A stretch of 63,644 bases of DNA, counting the filler, from Phoronis australis (taxonomy: Eukaryota; Animalia; Phoronida): the NCBI GenBank assembly GCA_002633005.1. It is 8 parts of 8 records of this genome, joined end to end, with 100 filler letters (N's around TTAATTAATTAA, not from the genome) between each part and the next. Parts side by side here need not be neighbours in the genome. Positions count along the whole stretch, not along the records: positions 38,630 to 55,666 come from NMRA01001497.1; 7 more parts are not named here. One strand, written 5' to 3'. Each line of letters opens with the position of its first letter. Within the stretch, counting starts at the first letter, position 1. Below are positions 40,500 through 55,400 of this stretch, in pieces. The position numbers were made by a program, and so were the translations under genes. The notes beneath the pieces are model-generated. The model was not told where the DNA came from. It ran no database searches and saw only the letters and a list, made by a program, of their open reading frames with translations.

Positions 40500-42300
40500 A
40501 ATTCTATTTTGAAGATAAATTTTCTCAAATATCTTTAAAAATGACAGAAACTAGGGATTATTTCTACACTTAGAAGCGTAACTAAAATGTTTCATGTGCA
40601 AAGAATCCAATTTAAAACGTTACTTTAATCAACTTGATAATTTTTACCGTCAACAACCTACTGCGTAATTCTTCTATCGATATCTTGATATTGAATTCGA
40701 AAAGGGTGCGATCTACTGTTTCACTTTCTGGGTGGCAGGAAGTGCATACAGCAGAGTCGACCAAGTTAGTTTTTAAAAAATAGTTGCTTGCAAGTATTAT
40801 CTGATATAGCTGAAACTGCAGTGTGCATAAGCTGACATCGAATGTAGTTTTCAGACAATGGATATGGTTTATTCCAGTCACCACTTCCAAGGTTACAACC
40901 TTCTTCTTGAAATCATTTTGGGGAATAGGCAAACTTTTGTTCAGGAAAACATTTTTATTTTCGGCGTGCATTTCAGAAAATTACGGATATTAAAAGGTAT
41001 TATTGGTCCACATATCTTAACTGTATTTGTAATGGTGTTCTCCTCGGAATCGACCTAATAGACTTATTCAGAAAAAATAACCTAAAAATTGGGAAGGTTT
41101 ATTTGAACTCTTTTAAAATTCAGAAAATGAGTAAAACCTGTTATTTTCATCAAGTAGCTCATTAATGAAAAGAACACCTGCACTAGCATACTTGCCAAGG
41201 AAGATAAATTTTCGTTCTATTGGTATCTCATCATTATGCCATATATTTGTTGAGAGTAATTCCTTCGCATCTGTATGGGGCTGTTCACTTATGAAAATGA
41301 CCAGTTACTGTTCACTTATGAAAATGACCAGTTACTGTTTACTTATGAAAATGACCAGTTACTGTTTACTTATGAAAATGACCAGTTACTGTTTACTTAT
41401 GAAAATGACCAGTTACTGTTTACTTATGAAAATGACCAGTTACTGTTTACTTATGAAAATGACCAGTTACAGTTTACTTATGAAAATGACCAGTTACTGT
41501 TTACTTATGAAAATGACCAGTTACTTAGAACTTGAACAGAGAATTGGCTACTTCAGTATGACTTTATACAACCATTTCCAAATTCTATAATACAAGACTT
41601 TGCAATATCTGTTTCAAGTTCAGAAAATTTCACCAATTTTGAATGAGATATGAGTAGTCTTTATATCTATGAAATTCTGATAGCCTTGTTAAAAAGAATT
41701 ATAATCGTCATTTTCATCCCCGCCCCCTTCCTCATGAGTGTTAACGAATACATCTCTCTTCCACCTTTTAACTTTGTAATTCTAAATAAACTTAAAACTT
41801 TTGAGTTCAATTCATTCATAATAATGTGCGATGGAGTAGGCAGGGTTGTTATTACGTGAACAATTTTGGCACCAAAAAGGTCTTTACCAACGTAACTTTC
41901 CCGAACAAAGATATTTTTCTTCTAGACAATTTTTTATAAGATAATCGATTTCATCAATCCTCTCAATGTAGTTGATTTCGATCATTTCTTCTAGATTAAC
42001 ACGGAATTTGATACCTAGCATCTTAAATCCCGTTATTCCCCATTCGAACTTCCGTCTTTAACGATGGAACATATCTTTACACATTTTTACTGCTCTTCCG
42101 AATAACATTCGTTCTGTAATAATTTAATCTGAAAACAGACATGTCTGCATATTTACTCAAAAGCTCCACTATAGCTTTAAATATACGCTTAGCACCATCC
42201 AAGTAAAACGTTGTGCTATCAGCACACTGGGCAAGTATAAATTCATCTTTTCTTATTTGAATGTCTTTAATTTCCCTATCTTGTTTTGCCATCATAGCTA
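40500..42300 (-). mobile_element. L1/Tx1-like LINE ORF2 remnant
   Basis: IKDIQIRKDEFILAQCADSTTFYLDG (degenerate YADD region), FKMLGIKF, and C-terminal zinc motif DSAVCTSCHPESETV. Confidence 0.75.
41281..41523. repeat. 27-bp minisatellite (CTGTTTACTTATGAAAATGACCAGTTA) x9
   Basis: Nine near-identical units, visible as repeated peptides in two ORF frames. Confidence 0.97.
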
Positions 42301-42639
42301 AGTATGGATTATCTTAAAACCTTAATTAGTTTTGACAACTTTTTAAATTATAAGGGGGTATTTTGAAGACGGGTTGTTGACTGCGTATTCAGGAATTATC
42401 CATTGGTGATTGATGAAATTCAAAATTTGTGATACTAACATAAAAAGGAGTATCTGGTCATGCTTATATTAAAAACTTTAAACCAAGGTCCAGTAAAAAT
42501 ATCAACATAGAGAGATTTCTAGTTTCCCTACAAAATAGTCCTGTTTGAGGAAAAATGATTACATTAAAATATTTCATCAAATTCATTGCTGTAAAGCATT
42601 TAGTGTCTTACAGTTTTTGAACCCCCATAGTGACATGTA

Positions 42640-43100
42640 AAAATGTAGATGACGAAGTCTAAAACATCACATATGTTCACGTGTGTTTGGGAAAACAGTT
42701 TTTCAGTTTGGAAAAACGGTGTCAGTTTTAACAATTTTATTAGAAATTTCGTGAACATGCTTGTGCAAGGCTACAAAAATACCCAAGCATTTGATACTTT
42801 CGCTTCTACTTGTACATGTGTCAATAGTTTGTTAATTTTGATTTTCTGAATATCAGTTCCAATGATACTCAGAGCAATTCAAATTAGCATAATTATCTTA
42901 ATTATGCATGCATCGAGCGATAGTGTATCAATAACTACATTTAAACAACTAAAACGCATTGCATGTTTTGTGCACACTGATGATTTGTTCACTGAGGCTG
43001 TGTGCAAAGGAATTAGCAGAGCTGCGTCGTGGGTGTACCTAATGGAAAGTTCCAGGCTGGACAGAGTAATGAACATCAGTTAAAAACAGGGAGGTTCCTG
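42640..43100 (+). repeat. Diverged repeat shared with ~44780-45240
   Basis: Shared blocks cgtgaacatg, aaaaatacccaagcatttgata, ttttctgaatatcagttc, acagggagg. Confidence 0.7.
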
Positions 43101-43104
43101 AAAA

Positions 43105-44620
43105 TTGACCTATCGCAAGCTCAGTCCCTATGCGAAAAGTCACGTGATACCCGACAATCGAACGAGATGTCAGAAGCAAATACACTGTCCCTAAACGACG
43201 TTCCTGGTGCCTTGGAATTGATGAGTGTTTTTGCACTATTTGAAAACGCTTCGACAGAGACAGGAGGCGATGCTTTTCATCAGAGAATTGTACGTTCACG
43301 ATATGGGAACTTGTAAAGGTGACGATGAAAAAATAAGTGCTGGAGGAGCCAGCGAAAATCCGAAGAACCCCTCGGCCTCGGGGCCACCTTCACCTGACAA
43401 ATGACAAGGTCACTGATACGATACGTTCATGTAAAGCTGGGCATGTCCTTAAAGTCGAATTATCTGTACGATTCCATAGATTTCATGATCTTTCGAATAA
43501 AATCAGTGAAGATTCACCGATATTTTTATTCTGTCGTCTGCTATTTTTCGCCAAATGAAAAGTAGGTCACAACTGGTGGGACTCCTGAAGTAAAGTAGGT
43601 CTTAGATTACAGACAACACATGCACTATAGTCTCTGACTAGGTCGACTCGATAGCACTGTTTAGGCTTTTCTAATCTTTTAACGAAACATTTTGATAAAA
43701 AAATTCAGGTTCATAGCTCAAGTACACACTCATCTCGTCCTAGGCAAATAGTTAGCTCCGGTAGGTTTAGGGCTGTGTCTAAGTCAAATTGATGACTGGA
43801 ATTCAGTGGCGGATCTAGTAGGATACCACAGGGGGGCCCAACATATGTTGCCTCGTGGAATTGGGCAAAGTGCGATTGTATGTGCACAGGCGGCCCGAAA
43901 GTTGCAGGGGCAAGGGATGTAGACCTTTGGACCTTCTGTTCAGAAAACCTATCGGTGGACTAAAAAAAACAGGAACACGATTCCGCTGCAATCTGGGGTC
44001 TGAGTCCCCCCTCTTCCGCTACCGGTCCTAGGTACTGAACTCAATATTTCCTCATGCTTCCAAGGGGGGGGGGGGNATAAATGAAAAATAAATAAAAATG
44101 TCCTTGAAAACAACAATTTCCGGGGACTACCGCTGGAGTGCTGAGATCCAGCAGGTGCCGAGACAAAGGCGGCCAGACGTAGGTAAGTCGGAGTCAAAAT
44201 CTGAGATAGCCCTGCACCATAGCCACCAAGCTGAAAAGTGCGTATCTTGGAACTAATATATTTGTGTTTATCATAGCCTTCGAGTTATCAAGCAACACCG
44301 CTAAGTTCAGCTGCTCGTTTGGCCGTACAATTTGATCCATAGTTTACGCTTTTCACTATCATTTTTCGGCTTAGGACATGCCAAAAATGACGGGATATTA
44401 TTCTGGAGCAGCATAACGGCTGTCAGTGCTACACACGCCATATCAACACCGTTTCCTCATTCTTAGCAGACAATTTCTTGAGCTATAGACTAAAGTAAGT
44501 TTTACTCGAGTATGTGTGGTTTGTCGGGTAAAATGGCGGCTTGGAAAGGCAGACGAAGGTGTGCCAAGAATGCTGCGTTCTGATTGTTCAATTAAGCCGT
44601 CTGTCATAATCCTGGCGATA
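43105..44620 (+). repeat. Dispersed non-coding repeat, copy 2 (different internal segment beginning cagtggcggatc at ~43804)
   Basis: Shares blocks with 14878-15420 and 15990-16480. Confidence 0.8.
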
Positions 44621-45899
44621 GTAAAAATTAACCTTCTGGTACACCTGTAGAGATATCAACATGGAACGAGGTAACAGTATCATGAGAGACAATACTTATA
44701 GAAATTTTTCATTTATTTAAAAATAATAGAATTCCACATCAGAAAACCACTAATCTTGTAAATTTCGTATGTGAATGTCTAAATGTAGATGAGAAAGTAT
44801 TATTTATGTTCAAGTGTGCTTAGGAAACCAGTTTTTCAGTGAGGAAAAAATGGCGCCAGTTTTTTGAATTTTGTTCGAAATTCCGTGAACATGATAGTGG
44901 ATGGCTATAAAAATACCCAAGCATTTGATATTTTCACCTCTACATATATCAATAGTTTCATCGCTAATTTTTATTTTCTGAATATCAGTTCGTATGTTTC
45001 TCAGTGCAACCCAAATTAACGTAAAATGTGTTTAATGGTACATGAACATGCATTGAGCGATGATTTATTAAACTGCACTTAACCACTTGAAGCGCCTTGC
45101 AAGTTTTTATTCACAATGATGATTGTTTCACTGTGGCTGTGAGCAACGGAAATAGCAGAACTCTGTGGTCGGCGGACATAGTGAAGCCTTCCTCGCTGGG
45201 CAGAGTAAAGAAAATAAATTAACAACAGGGAGGGACCTAAAACCGTTTACCCTGTGGCACACCTGGAGAGATATCAACATGGAACGAGGTAACAGCATCA
45301 AGACAGAAAATGCTTATATATATTTTTGATTTATTTGAAACCAACAAAAATCCTGATGAAGAAAACCATTAATCATGTACAGTTCCTAAGAGAATGTGAA
45401 CAACGCTGTAGAGAGATCGATAAATATTGAGATGATATTTGGTTCAAGACGTCGTTTCAATGCTTATAGCGACAGATCACAAATTCAGTGGCATCAAGCT
45501 CTGTACAATGGTTACTTACATTTTAGCGAACGATAATTTTGGGAAAAATAATTGATAACTCAATAATCATCCATCTTTTCGAAGACTTAAAATTGCAGAC
45601 ACCATATGGTTAGGTATGTGGTGGACAAGTTAAACACTGTCGGCATCATTTTCTTCATAAATAACGATTATCTTTGTAGCTTTATATCACTTGGGAAACG
45701 ATACTAATGGTTTAGGGAAACTGGATTACATAGAAACTTGGAATATTTTTAGGTAAATAAAAATGTCATGTCATTGCTGTCAAAATGGATTTGATTTAAG
45801 ACTTTTATTTTGCTTCCGTCATCACAAACGAACTGGAATTTTAAAATAGTCGGTGGAAGCATGAAGTTCATTTTCAAAGTGGGTAGTGCGTGTATTTAA

Positions 45900-48800
45900 A
45901 AATAACCTGCATCGGGACAGGTATTAATGAGGCAGTGTGGAAACTGATCAAGTGCTTTAATATCCCGCCTAACGCCTTTACTAAGACAATAGCTTTTGAG
46001 CCTAGTAGTAGTGGCCCTATATCAAATAGGACGACAAATGGCGCGGAAGGCCTTGAAGTTCTTATACCACCGTGAAAGCTTTTAGCGTCATTTTCTTCTT
46101 TTCTGATAAACAGCCGCTCTTTTTAAGCTCAAAATCTTGTCTAATTGATAATGGATTTTCTCAAGACATTGAGGTGTTATTTGGAAAGCCCCGTTTTCCC
46201 ATGAATGTTAAAAATATAGCTGTTAGATTTATCGACTGTTATCATATATTTAGTGACATGTCCAAATACCACGGAGGAAATGCTGTATGGGAGAATAGCA
46301 GTGTAGGAGGAATTAGACAATGCAGTTTTTGATGGCAAGCCAAATTTTTCGTGTGTCCTATCTGAAGTTTTTAAACTGTTTTTCATATCTCATTAGTTTG
46401 GCTTTAGTGGTACGTATTTAGAATAGCAGTGCAATTTTATAATTTCAGTGGGTAAACGGCTTTTAATTGTCAAATGGCAATATTTATCCCAAGAAATCAT
46501 CCTTTCTCTTCTCAACATATTATTTAAGTCAATGTATGATCAGCAAAGTTTCTGCAAAATTTTCTAAAAAAACTTGGCATTCCAAGAAATATTCAGAGGT
46601 TGTGCTTTTCTGTTGGCACAGGAAACTCAGAAATGGATTTGGTTTTTGCATGCACGGGAGCTTTCTTACCCTGACAAACAACATATCCTAAATTAATCAC
46701 AGTGCCATGTCCAAATTCAGTCTTGTCAAAATTCACCGTCGAAGTTACTTCCGGAAGTCGTTCAAGCAACAAAATGTTCCGCCCGATTGACGTTCTCAGT
46801 CGCCAAGTCATCGATGTAAAAATCAGTATCAGTTAATCCGTGAAAAACTTGGTGGATGATTCTCTGAATCCTAGCTTGGGAATTCTTCATACCAAAATGT
46901 AATACATTCTATTCATTCAGTATAAAGAAAATGGCGTTAAAAATAGATATTTCTCTAGCTCCAAACACAAACAACCCTTTAATAAGTCCATTTTTGTTTC
47001 TCCAAACTTACCGATACAATCACCCCCCTCCTGAAATGGGATAATCCTCAGTCTTAACCATAGCATTGACCATTCTATAGTCTGACCAGAATCTGATAAT
47101 AAAGATAACTTTTGGAACAACAACATAAGGTGTACTCCACATTTATTGAGATGGTTGAGTCATGTCATTTTCCAATCATATGATCAATTTCTTTCTGAAC
47201 TAGCTCATGCCTCAGAGGATTCATTTTATATGGTTGTTGAATATTTGGTTTAGCATCACCAGCATCTGCACCGTGAGACACAGTGGCAATTCTCTTTGAA
47301 ACACCAGGAAAGAAATCTTTATACTTCAGTATCTTTCATCTGTTGTATCTGATGAGGTTCCAAATAACTCAGGTAATTATAAATCAACAGCTTGTACAAT
47401 TTCAGAATTCAACAAATTCGATGGTGCGATATCATTACTGAAATTCATTTCTTGAGTTTCACTTTGAAAATCACCACCTTTAACTACAACGTCAGTGGCA
47501 TCTACTTGTAGTTCACTGCCTTGATGAATTTTCAATACGTCAACATGACAGGGCTGCTTGAATTTTCTCCTATCAGGAGTCTCAACAACATAATTAAGGT
47601 CATTGACCTTAGGAACAGTTTCAGAATAACCATGGTTCCCAGCTTGGAAAGGGTTTGCCTGGACAATAAAAGTTATCACATGAACGTTAGCCCCAGGTTA
47701 GAATACCGTAGTCCTCGCATTTTGCCATACGAAGTCTTAATTTTCTTGGACTGCAAATTTCACCTTGCTAACTCACAGGCTTTATTCATCCTACCTCTGA
47801 AATTCTGAACGTAATCTAATAGATTCAGCTTTAGATGATCGGCAACGCATTTCTAATTTAGCAATTTTAGAGATCCACGGACGCTGTCCCAAAATATCAA
47901 CTCAAGTGGCTTCACAAAATTAGTTTTGTCTGCCATTTGACATCATTTCTAATTCCTGGCCAGAAAACCTGCTTTGGAATATTGTGAAATGTATTGTTTA
48001 CACCCAAATGACCGCCTAGGTGTAAACTATGGGCCAGGGAGCGAATTTTATACCTCAACGGTTTCGGTATAACAATTTGATGGATATCTGCCAACTCATC
48101 AGTCGCGCGGATACCGAGTGTTCTCCACTTCTTCATAAGCAGGTCATCTTTCACGAAGTACCTATCGGATATTTTGTTTACTTCCTCACGAGACAGAACC
48201 TTGGCCTGCAAGTTAAGCAAATCACTATCTGACAACTGACTTTCTCTCAACTAGTCTTTAGAAAAAGACAATTTCTCTGATCGCTAGGAATCATCGAATC
48301 GACTACCAAAATCCTCAAAGAACACAGAAATATTCCATACCAATTATCAAGCTGAAGGTTTGCCTTTCTACACATGGGAACCCATGATTTTCTAAAACGT
48401 GTAAGGCATCTTCTGTTCTAGTCACTGCGCGTGTTAATGACCACGATGGATAAACACTTACACCGGCACTTCCCTCCTCAGTACAAGGCTGCAAGTCAGT
48501 TGCACAGCGGTTATCAGCTATCTACCAACAAGGTCATTTCAGTGACGAACCTTTCACGGCAAACTTGATTTTAGACACCCTGTAATCAATCCGGAAACTA
48601 TCTCAGATTTTAAATGTACCTTATGTAATAACACAGGTATATTTCCCTATTCATTGCTTGTATGAGGTTTTGCTTCCCCAGTGACAGACACATCATTAAA
48701 GTCCAAAAAATACTCAACATAATGGACTGAGATTCACCAAAGTCACATACAATTTTTCATAGACACAAGGTAGGCGTGTTCAGAAAACGACACGACCCTC

Positions 48801-49560
48801 TCCCCAATGCATGGAAGAAATTCGTCCTAGATAATTTATGCCTTTTTACCAAGTGAGCCTTTTCCCACGTCAGGGATTCCCTTTTATTCTTAACAAAAGC
48901 TGCAGACAACGCCTATTTTAAACCACCACATTCAGGTACTGTATGGCTTGTTTTCTTACAGAAGAAACATGTACATGTAGCACTATCACCCTTCTTTTTC
49001 AAATGATGACAATCTGCCTTAACGTGACCAAATCGTTAACAATTCTCACACACTGCCTTCTGCGATGACTCGTTCATATTCATATATGGCTCTCAATCGC
49101 TACTTAATAAGTACTTCACATTTCTCTAAATCATGTTGAACCAAACTAAATTCACCAGTTAACTTACAGTATCTGCTTCAGGCTGTTACCTAACATTTTT
49201 TTCATCGGAATGCGTTTTCAAATCATTACTTATTCCTGATTTTAATTTCCCGACAAAAAACCGTTTAAGCCTATTGTAATATTGAGAGACGCCTATAAAG
49301 GAGCACCATCTATCCAAGAAAACTTTTTTCATGAGAAAACTCTGCATAGGTTTGTTTTTCAATTTCCTTATGATGTTTTAACTTTTGTCTATAGGCTTCT
49401 GGTTCTGGTCCATGGTCCTTAAGAATAACTTTCTTAAAAATACCATAATCACTCGCTTCATCAACTGAGAGAACAGAAAAGGCTTGTAGGACTCTACCCC
49501 TGATAACGCTCTGTAACAATAATCGAGAACCCAACCAGGATGTTACATGTATGCATGTCC
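45900..49560 (-). mobile_element. Degraded Gypsy LTR retrotransposon, Gmr1-like domain order
   Basis: Reading 5'->3' on minus: gag (49310-49534, EAYRQK), CCHC knuckle (~49008-49052, CENC*RFGHVKADC), protease (~48730-48755, IVCDFGESQS), integrase zinc-binding region (AHSLHLGGHLGV...FWPGIRNDV) and tail (YVVETPDRRK...CHV), then RT (KMDLLKG, YIDD at 46807-46818, LGYVV) and RNase H-like remnant. LTRs not identified. Confidence 0.85.
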
Positions 49561-50399
49561 ATTGCCACTGGTATTTGAACAGTTGCTTCTAAGTTTACAT
49601 TTCACATGGACGACTGGTTTCTTCCGTACTGGCCCCCATTTGTTATAAAGCAAGGCGACAAAGTGACGTGATGAAGCAAAAGTATTTTTTTCGAAAGGTA
49701 GTAAGGCACACTGGAAGAATAAACCTATAAATATACTAATTTAGTCTGGTGGTAATAAACTTTGTATGTAATGCGTAGTAATAATTCAAGAACAAATTGA
49801 GCGCCAGATTCCAAACATTGAATTCAACTGTATTTCCATAAGTGTTGGGGTGGTTTGAAATTTTCCTCGTTTAAGCTGTAATTAAAAAGTTCCAAAAGAC
49901 TTCTGTGTAATAGCATTCATTTTTTTAAATTCGTTTCTTAAACCACCATTGTCTGATGTAATTTCTATTTTGAGTTGCCATTAAATCTTCACGGATCTCG
50001 TCCTCATTGCTCTCTTGTTTTAATACTAAAGACTCATCACCTGTCAGTAATTTATCACTAGGCAGAATGAATATATCAATTAAATCTAGATGCAGGACCT
50101 CAATAAAGCTCGTTGAGTGTTTTGTATCTCATGTTGTGCCATGGGTCACTCTGACCTTTGACTGAAGTTCTGTTACTTGGAAATGTTTTTCCATGGTAAC
50201 GTTTCCAAGATTTAGAAGATATTTAAATTTTTTTTCTACTTCTTCCCCTCACTTATCCTTATTTCTACTTGGGTTTCTAAAATTTTCCATAGGTTTAATT
50301 TACATTTATTTATATCACACTGCATCAGGTGATTACTTTAGTTTTTCCGAGTTCTGTCTTTAATTCATTATTTTGTCCTGTTGTAAACATTTACTGATG

Positions 50400-52150
50400 T
50401 CTATTTCTAGATATTACATGTTTTGAAATCTGTATTGATTGTTTCTAATATATTTATTGGAATAAAATATTTCGCAGTACAAAAATAATTAAAAAACATA
50501 CAAGCATACGTCACAAACACACCCGGGATCGGAATAATATCGAAAATTAAACAAATACATGAACCATTTGATACATCTTTCAACAAATAGGTCATATTGA
50601 CAACTATTATAGAAAATTACTTTTTCAAGCCTGTGATATTTAGAGTGTTCTATTTTGAGTATCTGCAAACATGGAGCATTGGAATTTATTTTCACTTCCT
50701 AAATTTGATATTTGACCAAACATATAACCAAATTAAAAACAAGTTCCGCACCATGCCTGCAAAAGAAAACGTCATGTAAGTTCAGTTCGAGGGATTCGCG
50801 AGTTTTCGATAGGATGCAGTTGTTTACAACCACCGAAACATTTTGACCCATTGTTCCAAACCAATACAAGTGAACGAGATCTTCAGACTCACTATTACAA
50901 AAAGTTAACAATCAGTAAAATAGTTAATCAAACCGAAACAAATACTTGAACTGAGTCGTTTGTCGTCAGAATACCTTTTCAGGCAATATCATCACTTAGT
51001 AATAATGTTTAAAACCAAGTTATTTAAGAGATTTTATAAAGGATCTGTAATGAACCATCCAACAACTGCTAAGTGAAAAGTCTTGAATAAAATTCATCCT
51101 TTCGATTTTGTCTGGTTAATTTTACCAAATGAAATAATATCTCTAGTAGGTCAATGCGTTCATCCTTCGGTGTCGGGAGAGCATAGCAAAGATGAACCAA
51201 ATTTGAAATTATCAAGAACTTAAGAAGTACATTAATACGTGTTAGAAGTGTGAAGGAGCTCTTTTACCAAGTTGTTAAAACACTACGAATCTCCACCAAT
51301 TTTTTGCAACTTAAGTGAATCATATTTCATAAATTGATATGAACTTAATCCCAAGGTTAGTCATTGAATACGTGCACGTGCACCAAAAAGATTTCATACA
51401 CACATTCTCACACATACAGTCAATTGTCGAGTCTAATGGATCCAACCCAGATGCAATAAATTCTGTGTAGATTCGATTTTAAACCCGAGTATTTTGAAAC
51501 TGGTCTAAAAGACCGAGAATTTCTCAACGACTCATTGGAACCATCCAGACAAAGAACTGTGTCGTCTGCTTATTCAATAATTTTCAATTCTAGCTGACCA
51601 ACATTCAACCCTTTCATATTATCATTTTTCGGAATATTATAACCATTACTTCGGCAAAAGAGATAACTAAATACCGAGAAAGAGGGTCTATTTGCCAAAC
51701 TAGAAATAAATCGAATTGTAACCATGCTTAATAACGCATAATTTAGGTCCATTGTTTAAAGAATGGACCAATTTGATGACGTCTGAACCAAAATTGAAAA
51801 ATCGTTAAGTTTTATATATAAATTTCCAAAAAAAGAGACGAACACTTTTTCAAAATCGATAGAAACAAGAATATGTTATTTTCCTCAGTAATTTGAATCA
51901 AACCAATCCTGCCTTTTTAACTGGATTCTCGCTCTTCTTAGTAAGTTGCTTTGCGATTGGATGAGCAAGACGCCACGGATCAACGAAAATATATGTGGCA
52001 GAAATTTGTATTGATTTGTGTCCAATTTTCAATTTCAAAATTATCCCAAGACAAGTTTTTATCCGCTTAGTTCTCGGCCATGTAACGATCAGCAATAAAT
52101 GGCTTGATGCGATCCATATACTGTTTTTCAAGTCTGATATCCACAAACAC
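50400..52150 (-). mobile_element. Second L1/Tx1-like LINE ORF2 remnant
   Basis: SIDFEKVF (~51850), ADDTVLCLDGSNES (~51550), FCNSESEDLVHLYW (~50890). Confidence 0.7.
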
Positions 52151-54078
52151 GGTCCGTGTGCTTGTCATCAATTGTCTAAGTTTCCACTTTCCATGTCAAA
52201 CGTTTAATTCGCCTGATGAAGAGAGAAAAGGCGGTCGCCCGGCACGCACTTCCAAAATATTATCCCTTAGAAAAGGATGCTAAATTTGAATTGTATGATA
52301 CCCTTGTTCTGTAAAAATGAAAAACTTTGTCATTAATTGGAAAAGAGCGACAGTTGATTCCATCACCCTCCTTGCGCCCTGAGTTAATATAAACAATTGT
52401 ACCATTTCACAAAAACATGAAAAGAAATGCAACAGATTCCGTCATCGTGACCTCATCCGTGTGTAGACGTTAATAAAACGATACAAGAAAAAACAAATTG
52501 ATACGAGATAAATCAGGAAGAAGATAGCCATTTACGCCCCCCAGCGGGATATCCAAGAGTTGGAATGTCTATCAAACGAAATACCATTTAAGGTGGGATA
52601 ATATAGCAATTACTCAATTATATCTTGATAGATAGTGATTCCGAGAGAAATAATATGCTTTGCATTCCACAGAAACTGTCACCTGAATCAATTGGCTTAC
52701 AAAAATGTGCACATTAAAAATTTGTTCGGACTTTTTCGATGTATAAATGCATACGAATACGTTGAGCGCATATGAAACATACCGCAACATTTTTTAAAAA
52801 ACAGCTGGCCCCTAAAAATGCTGGGACCCTTGAGGGTAAACCCATCAATGTTGATTGAAGAAATGTTCCCAAAAATCGCTATATTTTTAATTTTTAATGT
52901 CCGCCAATAGTCTATGCGAATTGTTGCGAAGGTTCCACTCTCACACTTTCAAATTATAGGGAGTCACGTGCCTTGCCGGCCCCACGTTCCCACGTCACTG
53001 CTTATAGGTGCGGAACTGCTCTTCAACGACATTAATCCCGCCGGCCCATCCCGGTTCTTATGTCTGTGAGTGCGGATAACTACATGCCGTGTAATGGTTT
53101 TGGAAATGACGAGATCTCGAGTTCCGAAGGTTTCACTCGCCTGCAGTACGTGACAAACATAAAGAAGAAAAGTCACGTTATCGTTGAGATAAGTCCCTAA
53201 ACCTCAATAATTGCACTTTCAGACAGGACGTTACTGGGGAGAGAATGTGTTGCTGGATAATATTCCTTATCTAATACAATGCGAAAATACACAAGCGTGT
53301 CTCATAGCTGAGCGTTTTCCTAAGAAATTTGATAAGATTAAGTACACGTCTGGCTCCCACTTTCCCGTTGATAACATCGGTCAACCTTAATATAACAGCA
53401 GACCAAGTTTTTAATAGTACCCAATCAATCCAGAAATTATGTACACATCCACACTGAAAAAAATAGCAACGGTTCGTTTCAAAAAGGTATTGCTCGCGGA
53501 GTTCTAATCCCTATTTCATTTACATGTTGTGAAGTGTTTGTACCGACAATTACGTGGGTTAAGACTTACAGTATTTTTTAACCGATTTGTTGAAATAACT
53601 TCCAGGATCTATCACTACTCAATATTAATATTCTAAATAAGAACTTTTAAAAGAAGGATGAATGACTTCATGTGCACCGATTCGCTCCCTCCCAACAGAA
53701 CATTGGTGTTATATTCTGCCGAAAACAATGTTAATTTGTCTAGCAATTCAACTGTGTCGTCTGACGGTGAAGGCAAAGTTTTCAGAGTAAATGATTTAAT
53801 AATACTTATTTTGCCAAAAGGCGTTAGAGACCTTTTGGACCAGTTTGTTAAAATAAACTTGTTTTGTCTTTTTTTTAATGTTTGTTACGAAATCTTCAGA
53901 ATACAATGAATATACATAACCCAGAAAGCGCCAAGAGGCATTAGATCTGGGTAAAAAATACAAAGAAGTCTATATACAATGATTACATACAAGTACATAA
54001 ATAAAAACTGATGTTAAGATTACAATGATATATGACAACGAATGAAAATAATTCATTTTCATACAGATGTATAAAATT

Positions 54079-55120
54079 CTATCCACTCACACAAAGAGAT
54101 TTAATGTTATAAAGAAATTCTGATACCATTTCAAACAAAACCATATTTTCGTTTGAGTTAAGTTCTTGACATCCATATAGAAAGAAATTAATTTTTTTGT
54201 ACAATTGCGGAATTTCTGAATATTTTTTATAAACATTGGGGTATTGTTCGAGTGTCTGGAAGAGCTGTACCTCACAAGCAAAGAAAACATGAGGATATGT
54301 CTGGGTATCTCCACAGGAACACAGAGCCGAAATATTATTAAAATTATGTCTAAATCTCTCGTTGTTTAGGAATAGACCACATCTTGATCTGTATAGGGTT
54401 ATTTCATGGTTGCGGGGAAGTTGAAATGATGTCAATGGGACTGGCAAGTCTGGAGTAGTGATATGCATTTTAAAGTTATTTTTGAGAGTGACGATTGAAG
54501 TGCTTTCTTTTATTTTGAATGGTAAGAAACTCCAGTTGTCAATACAAGTTAATATCGTTGATCTTCTAAAGGCTTGGCTGATGGAGGCTGGAATAGTATA
54601 CATATTGATTTGCTGGAGTCCTGGTCTCGTGCTTGGTCTTTTGTAGGAGTCAAAGAGGATTTTGTTAGAGAAATTGTTTATGTTGGTTAAGACTTTGAAT
54701 GTATACATGGACAGGTGGAGTTTACAACGGGTTGCTAGTTTGCTCTAGTGAAGACTATTTAGAACCTTGATTGTGTTGGACCCTTTGTATGCCCCAGTTA
54801 TGGCTAAAGCTGCTTGGTATTGTAGTCTTTATAATTGGAGAAGTATGCCAGCGTTTGCCGATTGGTAGATTATGTCACAGTAATCTAGATGTGGAAGTAC
54901 AAATGACTTGAACAGAGTTTCAAGATGCATGGAGTTGAGATGACGAGAGATAATTCTAATTGGATTAATTAATTTTTGTACTTTTTGAACGAGTTCGCGA
55001 CAATGAGGAGTAAATGTAAGCTTATGGTCGAGTAGCAAGCCAAGATGATTGTGCGTGAACTTATTGGGGATAACTTCCCCATTGAGTGATAATTCCAATG
55101 TTGTTTTGTCTTCTTGAGTT
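54079..55120 (-). mobile_element. CR1/L2-type LINE ORF2 3' remnant
   Basis: HLGLLLDHKLTFTPH, LFKSFVLPHLDYCDIIY, and terminal CSCG...HVFFAC motif. Confidence 0.75.
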
Positions 55121-55400
55121 TGATCATCGTAATCATCTAACATTTCTGTTAAGTAAATGTGGAAGTTGATACCAAGGGCGCTAAATGAATCTCTCCCATG
55201 AGCGATTGAATTCTGCACACAAACGTAGTTCAGAGAATTTCAATGAGCCAATCCATATACATGTACAGTAGAATGAGTTGTTCCCAAGTTGGGTTTCAAA
55301 CCTGAGAACATGTGAAACTGGCCCGATAAAGTCATAGCATGCTTTAACGATTCGTTAGAACCAAGAACACAAAAAACCGCGTCATCGATACACATGCATG

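Noticed and set aside
41165-41590. Repeat-protein ORFs (CLLMKMTSY)n / (LLFTYENDQ)n, or a CRISPR-like array
   Set aside because: By-product of a 27-bp tandem repeat with no spacers, lying antisense in a LINE remnant.
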